NCBI RefSeq assembly: GCF_026571515.1
Contig: NW_026862005.1
Location: 186,001-250,000 of the forward strand
Direction: 5' to 3'
DNA: 64,000 nt
Source of the DNA: Ruditapes philippinarum
Lineage: Eukaryota
A program made the position numbers and the translations under genes. The notes beneath the pieces are model-generated. The model had not been told where the DNA came from and did not search any database. It saw only the letters and a program-made list of their open reading frames with translations. Positions 23,767-37,266 of this stretch are shown here, piece after piece; within the stretch, counting starts at the first letter, position 1; each line of letters begins with the position of its first letter.

Positions 23767-26239
23767 TACATATTTATTGTTTTTATCTCATATAGATAAA
23801 ATGAAACATGCTATTGTTGTTTTTTTCTAATTGTAACGATATCAAACATCTACTCCAAAACCGGGAGAGACCGGACAATAAACGTGTGGTACTATTCGCC
23901 GGTCACTAGTAAATCCTGGTCAAAATAGACCGGGAGAGACCGGCATTTACCGATAGGAGTGATAAAAAGATATATCTATAAATAGGTTTTTGGAATATTT
24001 AGGTCATCAACTGATCATTCTAGGATACATGACATGATAACCGACTGTGTACTACAAAATGATAAATAAAAAACCCCGAAGAGCGCGATTTATTGACGGG
24101 AAAGGTTATTTCATTTGTAAATGTTTGCATTGCGAAAATTCATTGTAACATATCGCGACATTTCATTCTTATTTAATAATCAAGCACCCTCATACCGATC
24201 GGAATTTTCGGCTTTTATTATGACCGACTAAAAGGCTCGAGAAGTTGCTGTCGCCCTTTCACAAAATCTGATCTCATTCCATAAGAGCGCCGCGCTTCGG
24301 CGCGGACGCCAACAATGCACCTCCGCAAACATACAAAATCCTGAAAACATCATGATTTGAGTTAGAATTGCTGTCGAAATATAAACTATTGATAACCATA
24401 GATTAACACATATGTTCAATAAGTGTTAACATATTTCTCTAAATAAACAGTTTTTTAAACGTGTTGGAATTTAAAAGCGAGTAAAAATGCGTTAAGAAAT
24501 TAGATCGCTCTAATTGCATATCCTCTATAAACAAACGAACTTAGTATTGTTTAAAATCAACTTTATCAGTTAAAATACTTTAGCACGTTCAGCTTTTTTT
24601 CAAGTATGGTCTTTCCACAATCCTCATTATCCTCATTCAGGTGACTAGGGCGGATTAATCGCATCAGAATAATCTATAAGAGTAGTGTCCCATAGTGTTG
24701 ATCAATGACGAATGACGCAATGAACTGCGCTATACAACGACATCGATTTTGGCTTATCAAATTGTAGTTAATGAGTTTACATCATTTACAGCCTAAAATC
24801 ATTAGAACCAGTGTACAAACATTGTTATGCGCACGCTCCGCTTGAAAATACGACTTTGCTGAAAGGATAAATTAGCATCGAGGTGGACAAATCGTTAAAA
24901 GGAAAAATCGGAAAATATCATTTACATGCACGTTAACACTACGAGCAGTGATTCATTCAAGTAATAATCCTTTAATCTGTATAAATTGATTTTTTGTTTT
25001 TGAAAAGCTATTTCGACTAATAGTAACAGTATATCTTTGTAACTATTTATTGTGAAATCTGAATATAATCTTCTACCATGAGTTTTGTTTTTAGATCTTA
25101 CACAAACAGTTGTATTACATAATGTATTCCTTACATATTTCCTTTATAAGTAATATAAATATTATCAAATTAAAATCATTTTGCGACGGTTTGCGAATTT
25201 ATATGAAAGTTAAATAAGATATATAATATACGTTTTTATTCTTACGTGTTTTGTATCACTTTCAGTAAAATGTTAAAGAAACGGATAATCAACTTCCCAT
25301 TTAATAAAACATAAATTTGGGCCAATTGAAAAATCTTTGACGTGAAATTTAAAAAGCAAGATTTATTAACATAAATGTATTTATTGTAGTAATGCTTTTG
25401 TTTAAAAATATCAAAATTGGAAATCAGCTTAATTCATCTACTATTTAAAAGAAAATAGCAATTTGAAACAGCAAATTGTAATGACGGGCTTAGAACAGAA
25501 TAATGAGATTACAATTGTTAATTTGCTTCACAAGAAATTTAATAAATAATTTAAAACGCATGCGTACAAAAAATGAAATTGAAAGAATGTAAATATATGC
25601 ATTTTTGTTTAAATCAATTTATCGCATCACATTAATAAGATATTATATCGACATTTAATTAGTTTCAAAATAGATAGTTGTCCAGTTCATACGTCATGCA
25701 ATATTTTAAACATTAATAAAACATGCTTATCCAAAAAAATTTGTTTCTAATTTCGGTGAGTACGGAGAACAGAAATAAGATGTGTTGCCTTTAAGAGCTG
25801 CTTATTTTTACGTAATTTTTCGTATAATTGAAATTAAAGTAGTTTTATTATGTCAAGTCTCGGTTGATACAATTTGTTGATGATATTTTCCATTTAAATG
25901 AGAAAAGAAAGACTGAAAAAATAAAAGTACAATAACATTGTTGGCATTTGATTATAATATGAACAGATTAAACATTATAAAATTTCGGAATCTTTCTAAA
26001 TGTTTTCGACTACAAAGTAACAATTTATTGTTGTATTACCTTGTTCAGTTTTAACGAAGCAGTATTTATTACGCGGCTAATCTCCCTGTCAATATCAACC
26101 GGGCCATCCGTGTATTGTGTCAATAAATGCTTATACTGAATTAATAGAAAGCTCATAAATTATCCCCTGTATTTCCATTTTTAGACTGCATTGATTTGAA
26201 TGCATTTACAGGTACTTTCCGTGTAAATACGTGTATCTA

Positions 26240-26935
26240 AAAGCGCGTAGTTGACTTGATATTATTGCTTATTGGCATACTGCCACTTCTTTTATCTTCT
26301 GAAGACACGAAGGTTATCAATATGTTGGCAATATTTTGGCGTATTGATTTGTATTAAACGGGCATACATCGTTGCAGAATATAATTAGTTATTTGTTTTT
26401 ATTTTTACAAATAAATCAAAGTGGTCATGAATCATATTTTAATCAAACAGTTGTACTAAATGTGAAATTTTGATATAAAAAAAAAGATCGTGGTCGATTT
26501 CACATGAGGAATTTTGTTGGGCCTCAATAGATGTCTCATTTCAAACAATATTAAGAATTTCTTTGAATTCTAAAGTAATCACCATTTTCATAAATCATAT
26601 AAGCATTAATATCCGAAAACATGAACAAAAAGTGAGTTGAATACATGTTTACCATAGTTTGATATAATCAGAGCACCGTATAAAGTATCAAAGAAAACAT
26701 GTTCAGTGTTTCATATTTCATATTTAACAGTTTTGTCAAGAAATATATGTGGTTTGTTTTACACATTTTTTTTTTCAAAAGATACAGGTAGTTCAAATAA
26801 ATCACAGACACATTAAGCAAGTCCTTTCTGCCCTAGACATTTTTGATATCATAGATATAAATAATGTTTTGTATTATAAGCACTAATGATAAAGATTGTT
26901 ACATAATACACTTGTGAATGATAAGATTTGTGAAA
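26240..26935. repeat. Orphan copy of the paralog-7 3' flank (other copies ~51540-52510 and ~62950-63893)
   Basis: Shared tgttgggcctcaatagatgtctcatttc, catagtttgatataatcagagcacc and aaaagatacaggta. Confidence 0.8.
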
Positions 26936-28251
26936 ATACTCAGGCATTTATAGAGGATGTAGTACAGTACATTCTCTCTTCAGTTTGTTTTTTTGTTAAT
27001 TCCAAGGTATGTTTTTGTATGTATGTATTCTCATACACTAAACAAATATTCTGACACTTAAGTTTATACTTTTAGAATATCATCTGCTTGAAATACAGCT
27101 CCCGTTTTTGTCTTGTTATAATTTAAATAAAAAATGATCTGAGCGATGTTAAACGGCAACTTAATTCCTCTTTGTTCTTCTGATGCGAAATAAAAATGCT
27201 TCTTTATAAAAGACAAACATGTGTTAATCATCTTTAAATAGTGGTTTGTCTAGCATGTTAGAGGCTTACATCATGAAAAAGTAGTGCTGAATGTGAAATT
27301 AGTTGGCATAAAAGTAGCCAAAACAAAACAAAGTACAATTTGACTTCAATACAAAATACTAAAACAGTATAACTGTACTTATTCCTAGAAAGTAACTCAG
27401 GCGAAATATGACTCAGTTAATTGGTAAATAAGTAAGTGTTTCAGTGTTTGAAAACTATAACAAAACATCAAATATAAACAAATTTTGAGAAATAAAACAA
27501 AAACCTTTATGGAACATTATAGGTCTTTAGAAACTTCCTAGTAAGGTTTCACCAATAGCGAACTATGTTTGTAGATGTCAACTGATAAGAATATTAAATC
27601 GTATCTTGTTTATAAATAAAATTACCTTTATATGTTGTTTCTATGTCGTTCATAACTATTTACACAGGATATATACATGTCTATATGTTGAACAGTAATA
27701 ACGTTATGTCATTGAAAAGAACATGTCCAGTGTGGATGAGTACATTACATATAAGGCCTCCGTCTGATTAAAATCCCACATCCTAACTCCGCAAAACATC
27801 CAAAGTCTGTATTTAATTTTCTGTCAGAATTCAAACCATACTTGGATGAACATAAATCCAATCAGTTAAATTTTCACGGGACAGATAATAAAAATGAGTA
27901 AATAACGATACGAAATCAATGCCATTTCACCTAATAACAATACCAAATAGAGAATCTTAAAATGGTTTAAAAGTAACAGCTGTTTAACCATATCTAACTC
28001 TTTCTGTTATAATTTTCCCACAATGCACCAGCTATTACTGTTGCAATCGTAACTTCTCGGCTTTCTCCGACGACTTTGTCGGGGTGTACCGATTGCTATC
28101 GCGAAATGATAATGATAATGATGATTTATGATAACGTGATAAAGTGTTATCAAAAGAATAAATGAATATAAAACGTTTACAATGAATTTAACCACAATCC
28201 AACTGGAAAGGTAGATAAGACTTGATATACTTTTTTCATTGTGGAATGTAA

Positions 28252-28470
28252 GACAAGTTGAACAAAAGAAGGTCACACAAGCAGAATAGAATGCGCAGAC
28301 TATCTCTATGTCCTTCCCTTTGATTATGAAGGTTCGCAGTACATTTCGAAAACGTATCGGAGCCCTTGATTTCTGTTTCGTGTAATGTTTTTGGCTCGGT
28401 CATTGTCGTTATAATCTCATGAGTTTTTTTCTAACGTCCTCAGAGCCCTTGCCTTTTGTTTCGCACACTA
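28252..28470 (-). pseudogene. Decayed 5' fragments of B-box paralogs
   Basis: ATG at 28403 gives MTEPKTLHETEIKGSD, then a frameshift and a degraded B-box1 (closest to the paralog 5 start). A second ~40-bp piece at 28433-28470 matches the paralog 1 start. Confidence 0.8.
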
Positions 28471-28770
28471 TATTGTTTGATTCCCCTCCTGCTTTCTACC
28501 TAGGAAAATTACAGTTATCCAAAAATGTATCGCATAGCATTTTCATTTCTATCTCATGTTTTTGAATTGTAGATATACAAACAAGAAGATTTGTTTGAAA
28601 CTCTGATTCTAAACTTTCAACAAATGCTAAACATTCACAATTTGTTTTAATTCCATATAATTTTAGATAATAAAAAATATTATGAATAAAAAAGTTTTTA
28701 TATCTACCTACCTACCCAATTCAAACGTGCATGGATCGGGGGGGGGGGGGGTAAACATTAGGGCTGGCCT
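28471..28770. mobile_element. Second, left-truncated copy of the 8823-9181 element
   Basis: tattgtttg.ttcccctcc.gctttctacc, cattcacaatttgtttt and attccatataat match 8838-9130; ends GGCC-TTAA. Confidence 0.5.
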
Positions 28771-31124
28771 TAAGAAATGCGCTGTTGAAATACTTTCAAT
28801 AATGGCTAAAACATTTTTGCTATCCTCTTACACTTTTGAAAACTCTTTTCAGAGAAAGAAATGATTCCTTGAACTTGATAGACCTCATATTATACCGATT
28901 TAATAATTCAACTGTAAACAAATTTGTCTACATGTTTTAATTGATACAATGTTATACAATGGAACCATTGAAAGTAAATTCTTAATTATATCTTGTATTC
29001 TGATAATCAATAGAACATAGCAGGTCACATAACTCCAGGATTGACTTATCAAATATTTCTTTTACGATGATGAATTCTATTTATACAACGATAAGGCGCT
29101 TGCGATTTCAATATTAGAAAAAAATATCTTGAGAAATGTTGGATTTAATCCTTCTTGTGAAAGTCTAGAAAATCGAATCTTATCAATGACCTGAAGCCAC
29201 TTTAAAACACTATAATTTTGATCGACATTCATTGCATACGGACAATCTAACACTCAAAGTGAAACACTAACTGTTTTATCAGCTAAGTTATTTGTTAGCC
29301 TCCTCTTTAAAGATTTATTATGCAGAATTAAATTTCATATTTGAAAATACTGATTATTGCTATACAGTCTCCTTAAAATGAAAATTGTAATCTTTTGAAT
29401 ACAAACAGAGAAGATACTTTAACTTTGAAACTCTGCACATTATAGGTATACACAGTATGAATACATCATAAAAGAAACTGACAGGGCCAAATTAACTTGG
29501 CAGATAATGCAGCTCCAAACAAACAAAAGAAAACAGTACATTATCTTACCCAAATTAGACATTTTCAGTGAGAATTTTCGTGAATAAATTTCAATCAATT
29601 TCTGCATTTATGAGCATAGTATATAATTAAGTGATAAATCTTAAAATAATGTTAAGAATGCTCAAAAGCAGCATAAAAAACAACTTTAACAGGCCCTTTT
29701 AATGCAAGCATTGTGATATTGATTATATTACTTATATAACATTCGTCCTTAAATTGTTTGTTACTATTTCTATCTGTGATATACACAGTCTAATCGGCAC
29801 TCATCGGCTGGTGGTTTTAGAATGAAACAAAAAAAACAGAGGGTGTACTTCGCATAATGTATAACGAACGTTTATATTTTACATGCAGTGCATGTAAAAG
29901 AAAAAAGTCTGTTTCGGTAAAACTGTTTTTGAAAAAAATGTCTATACAAAAATCCCCACTGATATACAATTTAAAACAAATCTACAGCCAACATAATCAT
30001 TGTATAAATGCCGCATTTACTTTAATATCTATGATATCAAACATTTTTACCTTTACTCGATATTTTGGAATAAACTTAGTCAACAACTCTCAGCAATTAC
30101 TTACTTTTTGTTTGCATGTTTAGTTTTTTAGGGTAGGAAAGACCGTAATGCAGAATGTATTCTTACAATTCTGTTCGGGTACCCTGTCCAAAAGTTTGAC
30201 ATAAGAGGCCAAGAAGAAGCGCCATATACATCTCGTGAATGTATTTCTTATATATATATATTTGACTTCAATAATATGTTGAATAATCTCACAGGACTGG
30301 TGTATTTCCATGTAGCCAATGTTTACATTGGTCAAATTTAATACACTTTCATACTCAAGTTTTCTTATGCTGCCTCAGATCCCCGTCTCAAGCAGCACGG
30401 CTTCTGTTGTGTTATTGAATCATCAGAACAAATACTTCCATGAGGCCTATGTTTACATTGTTCAAAGTAAACCACCATAAGTCGATGTTTCGAATACCTA
30501 TTACTGTTTACAAAAATAGCAGCACCGGCTTCTGTTTTGGAATTAAATCATCAGAACAAATGTATAGGAATAAATAAACTCAAAGAAACATAATAAGAAT
30601 AGCAATGAACTGTTATTTATGGCGTAAAAATAGTAAGTGTTTCTAAAAGTAGGTTTAGAGGTACCCATTTTCTTGTATTATGTAATGATCTTTAATAGTT
30701 GGCTCAGGAGTAGTGATTAAAATGATTTTATATTGGAAGAAAAATCTAATCGCCAAGGTGATATCAACATTTGAATGCAAAGGAAAATAAAATACAAATA
30801 CTGAATAAGTTTAAATCAACCAAATATATAATGAACTAACGTTTAATTTACACTTAACAAAAAATACTTAAAGCTAAACAAGTTTACAATATGTACTCTT
30901 TTGATTTAATCTAAATACATAATTGCAAGCATTAATATTGAATTAATGATATGAAACCGTTAAGTGTCAAAATGTAATAAGAATCTGAAAGTATAAAAAA
31001 TAACCTTAATAATTCTATGTAATTATTCCATTTAACTGATTGATCTAAGTAGTAGCAATCCCTGTAACAAGAATGAAAATCTAATAATTATAGATACCTG
31101 TCATATTTTAAAACAAAGAAAATA

Positions 31125-31781
31125 AAGTAAATTTTAACTCAAAACGCAAGTGATGGGATACGACAAAAGATAAAATTAAAACGCTTTCAATTGAATATAC
31201 AACACACATTTCAAAAACACACAGGCGAACTAAAGTAATACATGTAGAAGAAAAAACACAAAGCTTAGAGAAACCAAGTCAGCCCAGGCCCAAACTGACA
31301 TCAAAATATTATCAGAGGAATTGAGTTTCTATTATCAGAAAGAGCTCGAAGCGCTTAAATTAGATCAAAAGCCAAACACATTGCTGATGTACTCTTCGAA
31401 GTATTTCTTCGACTTAGAAAAAAGAAGGGCAATCAAAAATTATGGACGCAAATAAAATCCGAATCCGGAAAACATTAAAACGACATAAATTCATTTTAAA
31501 AGAACAATAGAACAATGTGCATTTTACAAGAAACTTTTTTCTTCTGAAGGAATTGATCTATGTTCGGCAAAAAAAGTGGTTTCTAATATTACTACTAGTG
31601 TAAATAATGATGAGAAATTCGCTTTTGATTCAGGTTTTCGGGAGGAAGAAGTTGAAAAGGTTATTTTTGGTTTTAAACTCACAAAATCCCCCGGTGACGA
31701 CGACCTCACTGCAGAATTTTATCAAAAAGTTTGGTACTGAATTAAAAAAAACGCTTTTCTTTGAGAAGGCTTATAGCATGA
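31125..31781 (+). mobile_element. Decayed L1/Tx1-type LINE ORF2 fragment (linker region before the reverse transcriptase)
   Basis: Manual translation across stops and frameshifts: ..SKYFFDLEKRRA.., FYKKLFSSE..EEEVEKVIFGFKLTKSPGDDDLTAEFYQKVW, matching the KSPGxDGxxxEFY motif. Confidence 0.8.
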
Positions 31782-32868
31782 AGAAGAAGAATAATTTTTA
31801 TTTCAAAATCAATATGTAAACAACAACCGTCTGGTTAAGGCTAATAAGCCCTTGACCTGACATAAAATAAAATTACAACATTCTCAGTAATACAAACATT
31901 ACACAAAACATTACAATACAATGACAGACATTGAATAATAAGATTACTCACTTTCAACATATTGTTACATTCATACATTATCAGAACTATATGATGTCAG
32001 TTACGTTTTAATTCATATCTATTATAATTTCATACATATTTATCTCTTTAATTATTTGGCTCATTACCTTGTTCTGTATGTGGTATTTTTACTAAACATC
32101 AATGGTTATAAATGTTTACTTGTTTTATCATAATATGCTCATATATAAATATATATAATGTTTTGTATTACTAACCTCCTACAAATGTATACAAAAACAT
32201 ATAATGTAACATAATGCCTTGTATTGAAAATGAAATTACAAGACCATTATTTTTACAACTAAAACTCTAAAGCATGACATGTTTTCATGCCAGATATGGA
32301 TATGTCAGATTTAGACACACATACAAATATGCATTTTAGTATGTGACAAATTGCCTTGCATCGAAACCGAAAGTACAAAACGAGTATGACGCCTACAAGG
32401 GAAATAACCATGTCGATTATAATGTAAACGATAATCAAGATTAATTTACCTTTAGTTTTTTTACTATAATAAAATTGTAACATGAATTAATTTAACAAAA
32501 TAATAATAAAAAACAATGAAAAGAACAAAAAAAAAAGAATAACGAACATGATACAACATATTTAACATTTAAAAGGTATCAAATAAAGTTTGAAAATAGG
32601 AAAATATATTTACATGTAAAGGGAACATATGAAAATTCAGAAAGGAACTTTAGAATCTTACAGTATGTAAATATTTATTACTCTCTAAGATTGCAATGTA
32701 GATTCTTTTCTAATCTCGAAAGCTTTATAGACAATCATTGCTAAATTTCTTACAATTTGTACTGAATGAGAGTTAAACAGTTCTGCAGTTTTATACATAT
32801 TTGGGTTTATTACGTAATATTGATTGATATATCGCTTCCTAATAGAATTATACAATTTATGATGCATG
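31780..32868 (-). mobile_element. 5'-truncated CR1/L2-like LINE 3' end (ORF2 C-terminus plus 3'UTR)
   Basis: ORF 32685-32894 has RKRYINQYY..PNMYKTAELFN..RNLAMIVYKAFEIR, typical of CR1-group ORF2 tails. The minus strand ends AATAAA..(TTC)n; possible TSD agcatga at 31775 and 32869. Confidence 0.65.
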
Positions 32869-32875
32869 AGCATGA

Positions 32876-32960
32876 TGCTCCTCGACCCTATCATGCCAAT
32901 GACGGGAAAAATGAATGGGGTTACCCTTTAACAGGCGCCCAAAACTAAACAACAAACAAA
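32876..32960 (+). mobile_element. SINE/LINE-like 3' tail ending in (AAAC)n
   Basis: ..ggcgcccaaaactaaacaacaaacaaac immediately followed by the right copy of a 14-bp TSD. Confidence 0.45.
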
Positions 32961-34303
32961 CAAAGAAAATATATTAATTAATCTTAATTATTTTGGAAAA
33001 AAGAAATTACTAAAATTACTTACAAATTCATCAAAAATTGTTCAGTGAATAAAGATCATCTCTAAAGTTTACCTAATACAAAATTGCCAAAAATAAATTC
33101 TATAGTTCTTTAACAAACATTAAAGAACTTTTAGAGATGGCACTTCTTTAAAAATTAGCAGCAGTATAACAAAAGTCCCTGAGCTGACTGGTTAAATGAA
33201 CTTCTGTATCCCAGACGGAGACAGCATTCACATACAGGTGGCACTATATGTAACAACTCATTTGAATGGTCTGCAACTTACTGCTTATCAGAATTTACTT
33301 AACAAATGCTTAAGGCTTATAATTTCTTTACATAAATATTGTAATAATAGATTATGATTAATGGAAATGTTTAAGAAACAACATTAACATTTTCTACAAA
33401 AGATAATAATAACTACAAAGATCAGAACAAAAATACTTCTCAGAAACTTAAGATATTTATAAACATATGTAAATGATAAACATGTATTTCACTATAACTT
33501 TAAAGCCTAGAGTAAATGGAAGTATAACCATTTTCCATACACAAATATATTGTACATAACTATATATAGAATCTTTGGCTATCCTCAGTGGCTGTAAAGA
33601 AATGTATCAATTCGTTCCACAAAGTTGCTCAATACAATCAAACTTAGTAAAATAACCAACATTAAACTGATGAATGATAAGAATGAAATGTCCATAAAAG
33701 AAGGCGTATTCAATATCATTAAGTTTCAAAACATTTACAGCTGTAAGTCAACCAAAAAGTGACTATTTTGAGTAAGTATATTATTATGTACACAAAACAT
33801 AAATTTGTTTTCTTCACAGTTTGTTTCAATCAGTGTTGTGTTTAACACACTCAGCATTTTCAGTAGTGTTTCGAGGACAGCAACTTACTGAACTTACATA
33901 TTTTTGTAATGTTTAATAATGTTAACTCCCGTTGATTTTATAAAACTTGGAACAAACTAGCAACTATTGATCCGTATAACACAAAGAAAGAAGTTTTTGT
34001 CAAAGTCTGCCCAATTTACTCTATTTAACCTACAGTATGTCATAAAAAGAACGTATTGGAGTTTCATTCATGAATGTGTCTTATTCTTCAAATACTGTAA
34101 ATGTTTATTTGATTTATGATATAATCATTGCGAACTTAAGTCGTTACGTTCCTGTAATCGACACGTGAAATCGACACATCCTGGCGTAAAAGAGTCTCCT
34201 TTAACGTAGAACAGCGGGTAGCTTTCACACCCCTGAACATACAAAGAAAAATATTGTCATTCTACAATACAATTCTTTGTGTCAGACCCGAAGTTAAGCA
34301 ATT

Positions 34304-36046
34304 CTAAGAGTTAATTATATTGTAAACCTTCAGGCGATCAGCACCGTTAAAACTAACGTATAGCTTCGACAACGAAGCAGAAAAAAGTAAAGCTTGTGGG
34401 CAAAAATCGTCGTATTTTAACAAAACTTGCTTATCCGTATTTTTAGTGTCATCGGTATGATAAACATGTATACTACTAGTTCCGGATTCACAGACATAAA
34501 TGAAGCCATCCTCATCAGTCGTTATCCCTAGCGGATGCCAGATGCGAGGCGAATACTGATATCCATTTAATGTGTCAATGTCCACTTTATGAAAGTTGTC
34601 ATTTAACCAATCTGTGACGTAAAAATGATTTCCCATGTTATCAGCATTTAAGTAGTAGGGACGTAGAAAAAAAGACACTCCCTTTTCATCTTTATCAATT
34701 GTGTGAATAACACGCCCGCTGAAGTCCATTATCTGTACTTTACCATGATAATCAGCAGTCATTGCAATGACCAACTTATCATCACCAATGTATGCAATAT
34801 TGGCGCAATATATTTCTGTCAATATAAAGCGCTTTTCAAAAACGAGTTGTTTAGCATTTGTCAGTTTCAAGAACTGAATTATACTGCGGCTCTCATCTTT
34901 CTCATATGACAGAACCATAGCAATCCTCGAGTCCGTAATTTTAGTAATACCGTTCGGAGTCCTTTTCACAGACAGTCGATCCAATAATTTTTTACTTTTC
35001 AAATTTACTAATTTCAGACAACAGTTACTACAATCAACCAAGAGAAGATATTGTTCGGAAAGTTTACATAAGTCGAATATGCAACAGTCTGCCTGATCAG
35101 AGATGTCCTTGACAATTATATCTTCAACATAGCACGCGGTCTTTTTTATCCCTTTGTCATTACATTCTTGAGATGTAGCGATGTATTGTCCAAATTCTTT
35201 AGCTCTTTTAATCACATTATTTGCTTTCTTTTTCGCTTCATCCTCGAAGTCATTGTCTATTTGTGACGAAGCTTGTGTCAAATCTCCCAAGACTTGATTC
35301 ATTTCAGTCAAATTTCCGCTCAACTGTTTCATTTTGAGAAATAACGTGTACTTGCGACCTTTTGGAAGTTGTTTTATTGTTTTAACGTTGATTGATAATT
35401 GATCAGTTTCTTTTTGCAGCAATTCAAGCTTTTTCTTTGATTTATCAATGCTCAAAGTATCAGTTCCTCTTTTTGTCTGTATTGTTTCTTCTAGTGATGA
35501 AATTTCCTCTTCGAACTTTACAAACATTAATTCCTTCTCCTTTTTTATTACAGTTCTAGCTTCTTCCGTATCAACAAAAATACTTTCATATCTTGCATCA
35601 ATTTCCCCTGTGAAATCTGTTAGATGTTTAGCAAAATCATCCTTGTGTGTCATTAACCCTTTAAGTTCTTCCTCACATTTAGTGTCCGTAACGAAATCGG
35701 GTAAATAGTTCATGTTGCACGTCTCTTTGTGTAGCTCCGATTTACAAATACAACAAACAAACGTTTTGCAAGTAGTACAAAAATATTTTAAAACCTCCTT
35801 AGTGTGTGACTCACATTTTTCCAAGCATATATCTTGGGGCATGTTATTCCCTTCCAGGGGTTTATGAAAAGGATAAAACTTCCCATGGTATTTCAGACAT
35901 GTTGAACAGAAGTAGGTCACACAAGCAGAACAAAATGCACAGGCTATCTCATGTTGCCCTTCCCTATGACAAGCTTCGCAGTACATTTCAAAAACGTCTT
36001 CAGAACCTTTGCTTTCTGTTTCGTGACTTGATTTTGATTCTGCCAT
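34304..36046 (-). CDS. RING-less TRIM-like B-box/coiled-coil/NHL-like propeller protein, paralog 4 (580 aa from MAESK; in-frame upstream ATGs at 36070/36067)
   Basis: Intact ORF; closest to paralog 2. Confidence 0.92.
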   Translation of the reverse strand: MAESKSSHETESKGSEDVFEMYCEACHREGQHEIACAFCSACVTYFCSTCLKYHGKFYPFHKPLEGNNMPQDICLEKCESHTKEVLKYFCTTCKTFVCCICKSELHKETCNMNYLPDFVTDTKCEEELKGLMTHKDDFAKHLTDFTGEIDARYESIFVDTEEARTVIKKEKELMFVKFEEEISSLEETIQTKRGTDTLSIDKSKKKLELLQKETDQLSINVKTIKQLPKGRKYTLFLKMKQLSGNLTEMNQVLGDLTQASSQIDNDFEDEAKKKANNVIKRAKEFGQYIATSQECNDKGIKKTACYVEDIIVKDISDQADCCIFDLCKLSEQYLLLVDCSNCCLKLVNLKSKKLLDRLSVKRTPNGITKITDSRIAMVLSYEKDESRSIIQFLKLTNAKQLVFEKRFILTEIYCANIAYIGDDKLVIAMTADYHGKVQIMDFSGRVIHTIDKDEKGVSFFLRPYYLNADNMGNHFYVTDWLNDNFHKVDIDTLNGYQYSPRIWHPLGITTDEDGFIYVCESGTSSIHVYHTDDTKNTDKQVLLKYDDFCPQALLFSASLSKLYVSFNGADRLKVYNIINS

Positions 36047-36082
36047 CGTTACCAGGCATTCATGCATCATTTTCTAGTAAAA

Positions 36083-37266
36083 CTAAATTTGAAAAGAAAA
36101 ATAAAGCGTGAGCAATAATTAATTAGAATGAGCCAAAAAGACACGTAAATATTGCTTGTGTAAAAATAAATAAACTTGAAACAAAAGACAACATTAGATA
36201 ATGTAAGATTATATTTTAAACCTTTAATTGTTATCAATGTTCTTCTGGCGATTGACACACTTTAAATATCGTAAAACATAGTGATAAATTATGTATTGTT
36301 CAACATTTTACAACTCTATAACGCCGCCTTTCCTTGTTGATCTTGTTTATCATATTTTATTGGTCAAAACTTGAACAGGAGAGTTTTTCCAAAATGGGAA
36401 TATGGGGGGATTCCCCTTTTCACTTTTCTGATCAGGTAAAGCAATGCACATATTCATCTACATTGGTGTTTGGGCAACTGGATTCACAAAGTACATGTCA
36501 AATTAATGCTGCTTGTTTTATCCAATATTAGAACGATTATCTTGAATTCTACTAAGCACAATTAATTAAAAACACCATCTTTTTTCCAGATATCTAAGTA
36601 AAAATTTCGAATATACTGAAGATATGTTTTCACGTTTTGGAAATAAACTTTCCCGATCAAGCAAGTAATTTATACAATTTATAGATGATGGAGTAATTTT
36701 TTAAACTTTCACCAGCAGTGCATTTTTTCTTCAGTTTATTTTCTAAATTTAAGGTATGTTTCTGTAAGTTTTTTTTTGGAAGTTCAAAATTCAAAACATG
36801 AGACATAAAACCTAAGTGGTTTACCAAAACGGCTTTTATTTGGTCACTAAGAAAAACGTTACTGTTACAACGTCTTAGGGTTTAAGCGTAGATAATTACA
36901 TGTACTATCATATCGTATATAGATTTACCTTTACTTTAGAAATGTAGGTTATGTTGTAAGTATATGTTAGTGTTTACTTAAATGAAATTTTAACAATTAA
37001 GATCCCTAAAATCGGTAGAATTTCACGTCATTGTGTTACATTCAGTTTATACATGCACACTTCTTTTCAAACTTAAAATTATTAAGTATTTGACTTAATA
37101 AATGACACAATTTGCCTGTCTATACGATTAATTTTTTAAGAAAATAGGAGTGATTTTATTGGTCAGCAAATTATGTTGAACACTTCTTTATTTTCAATGA
37201 TGAATCTTACACCATTATAAGAATCCAGCACGCGACACATTCATAAAAAGCGACAGAATGACGTCA
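36083..37266 (-). promoter_or_regulatory. Candidate promoter and 5'UTR intron of paralog 4
   Basis: TGACGTCA 37259-37266, CCAAT 37158-37162, donor GT at 36928-36927, acceptor tttAG near 36083. Confidence 0.4.

Larger units (their letters stand above)
8838..24925. repeat. Copy A of a ~20-22 kb tandem segmental duplication (copy B ~28471-46182)
   Basis: Collinear matches: 8838/28471, paralog 2/paralog 4, intergenic 14040-18915/36050-41234, paralog 3/paralog 5, 24872-24925/46129-46182. Confidence 0.75.
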
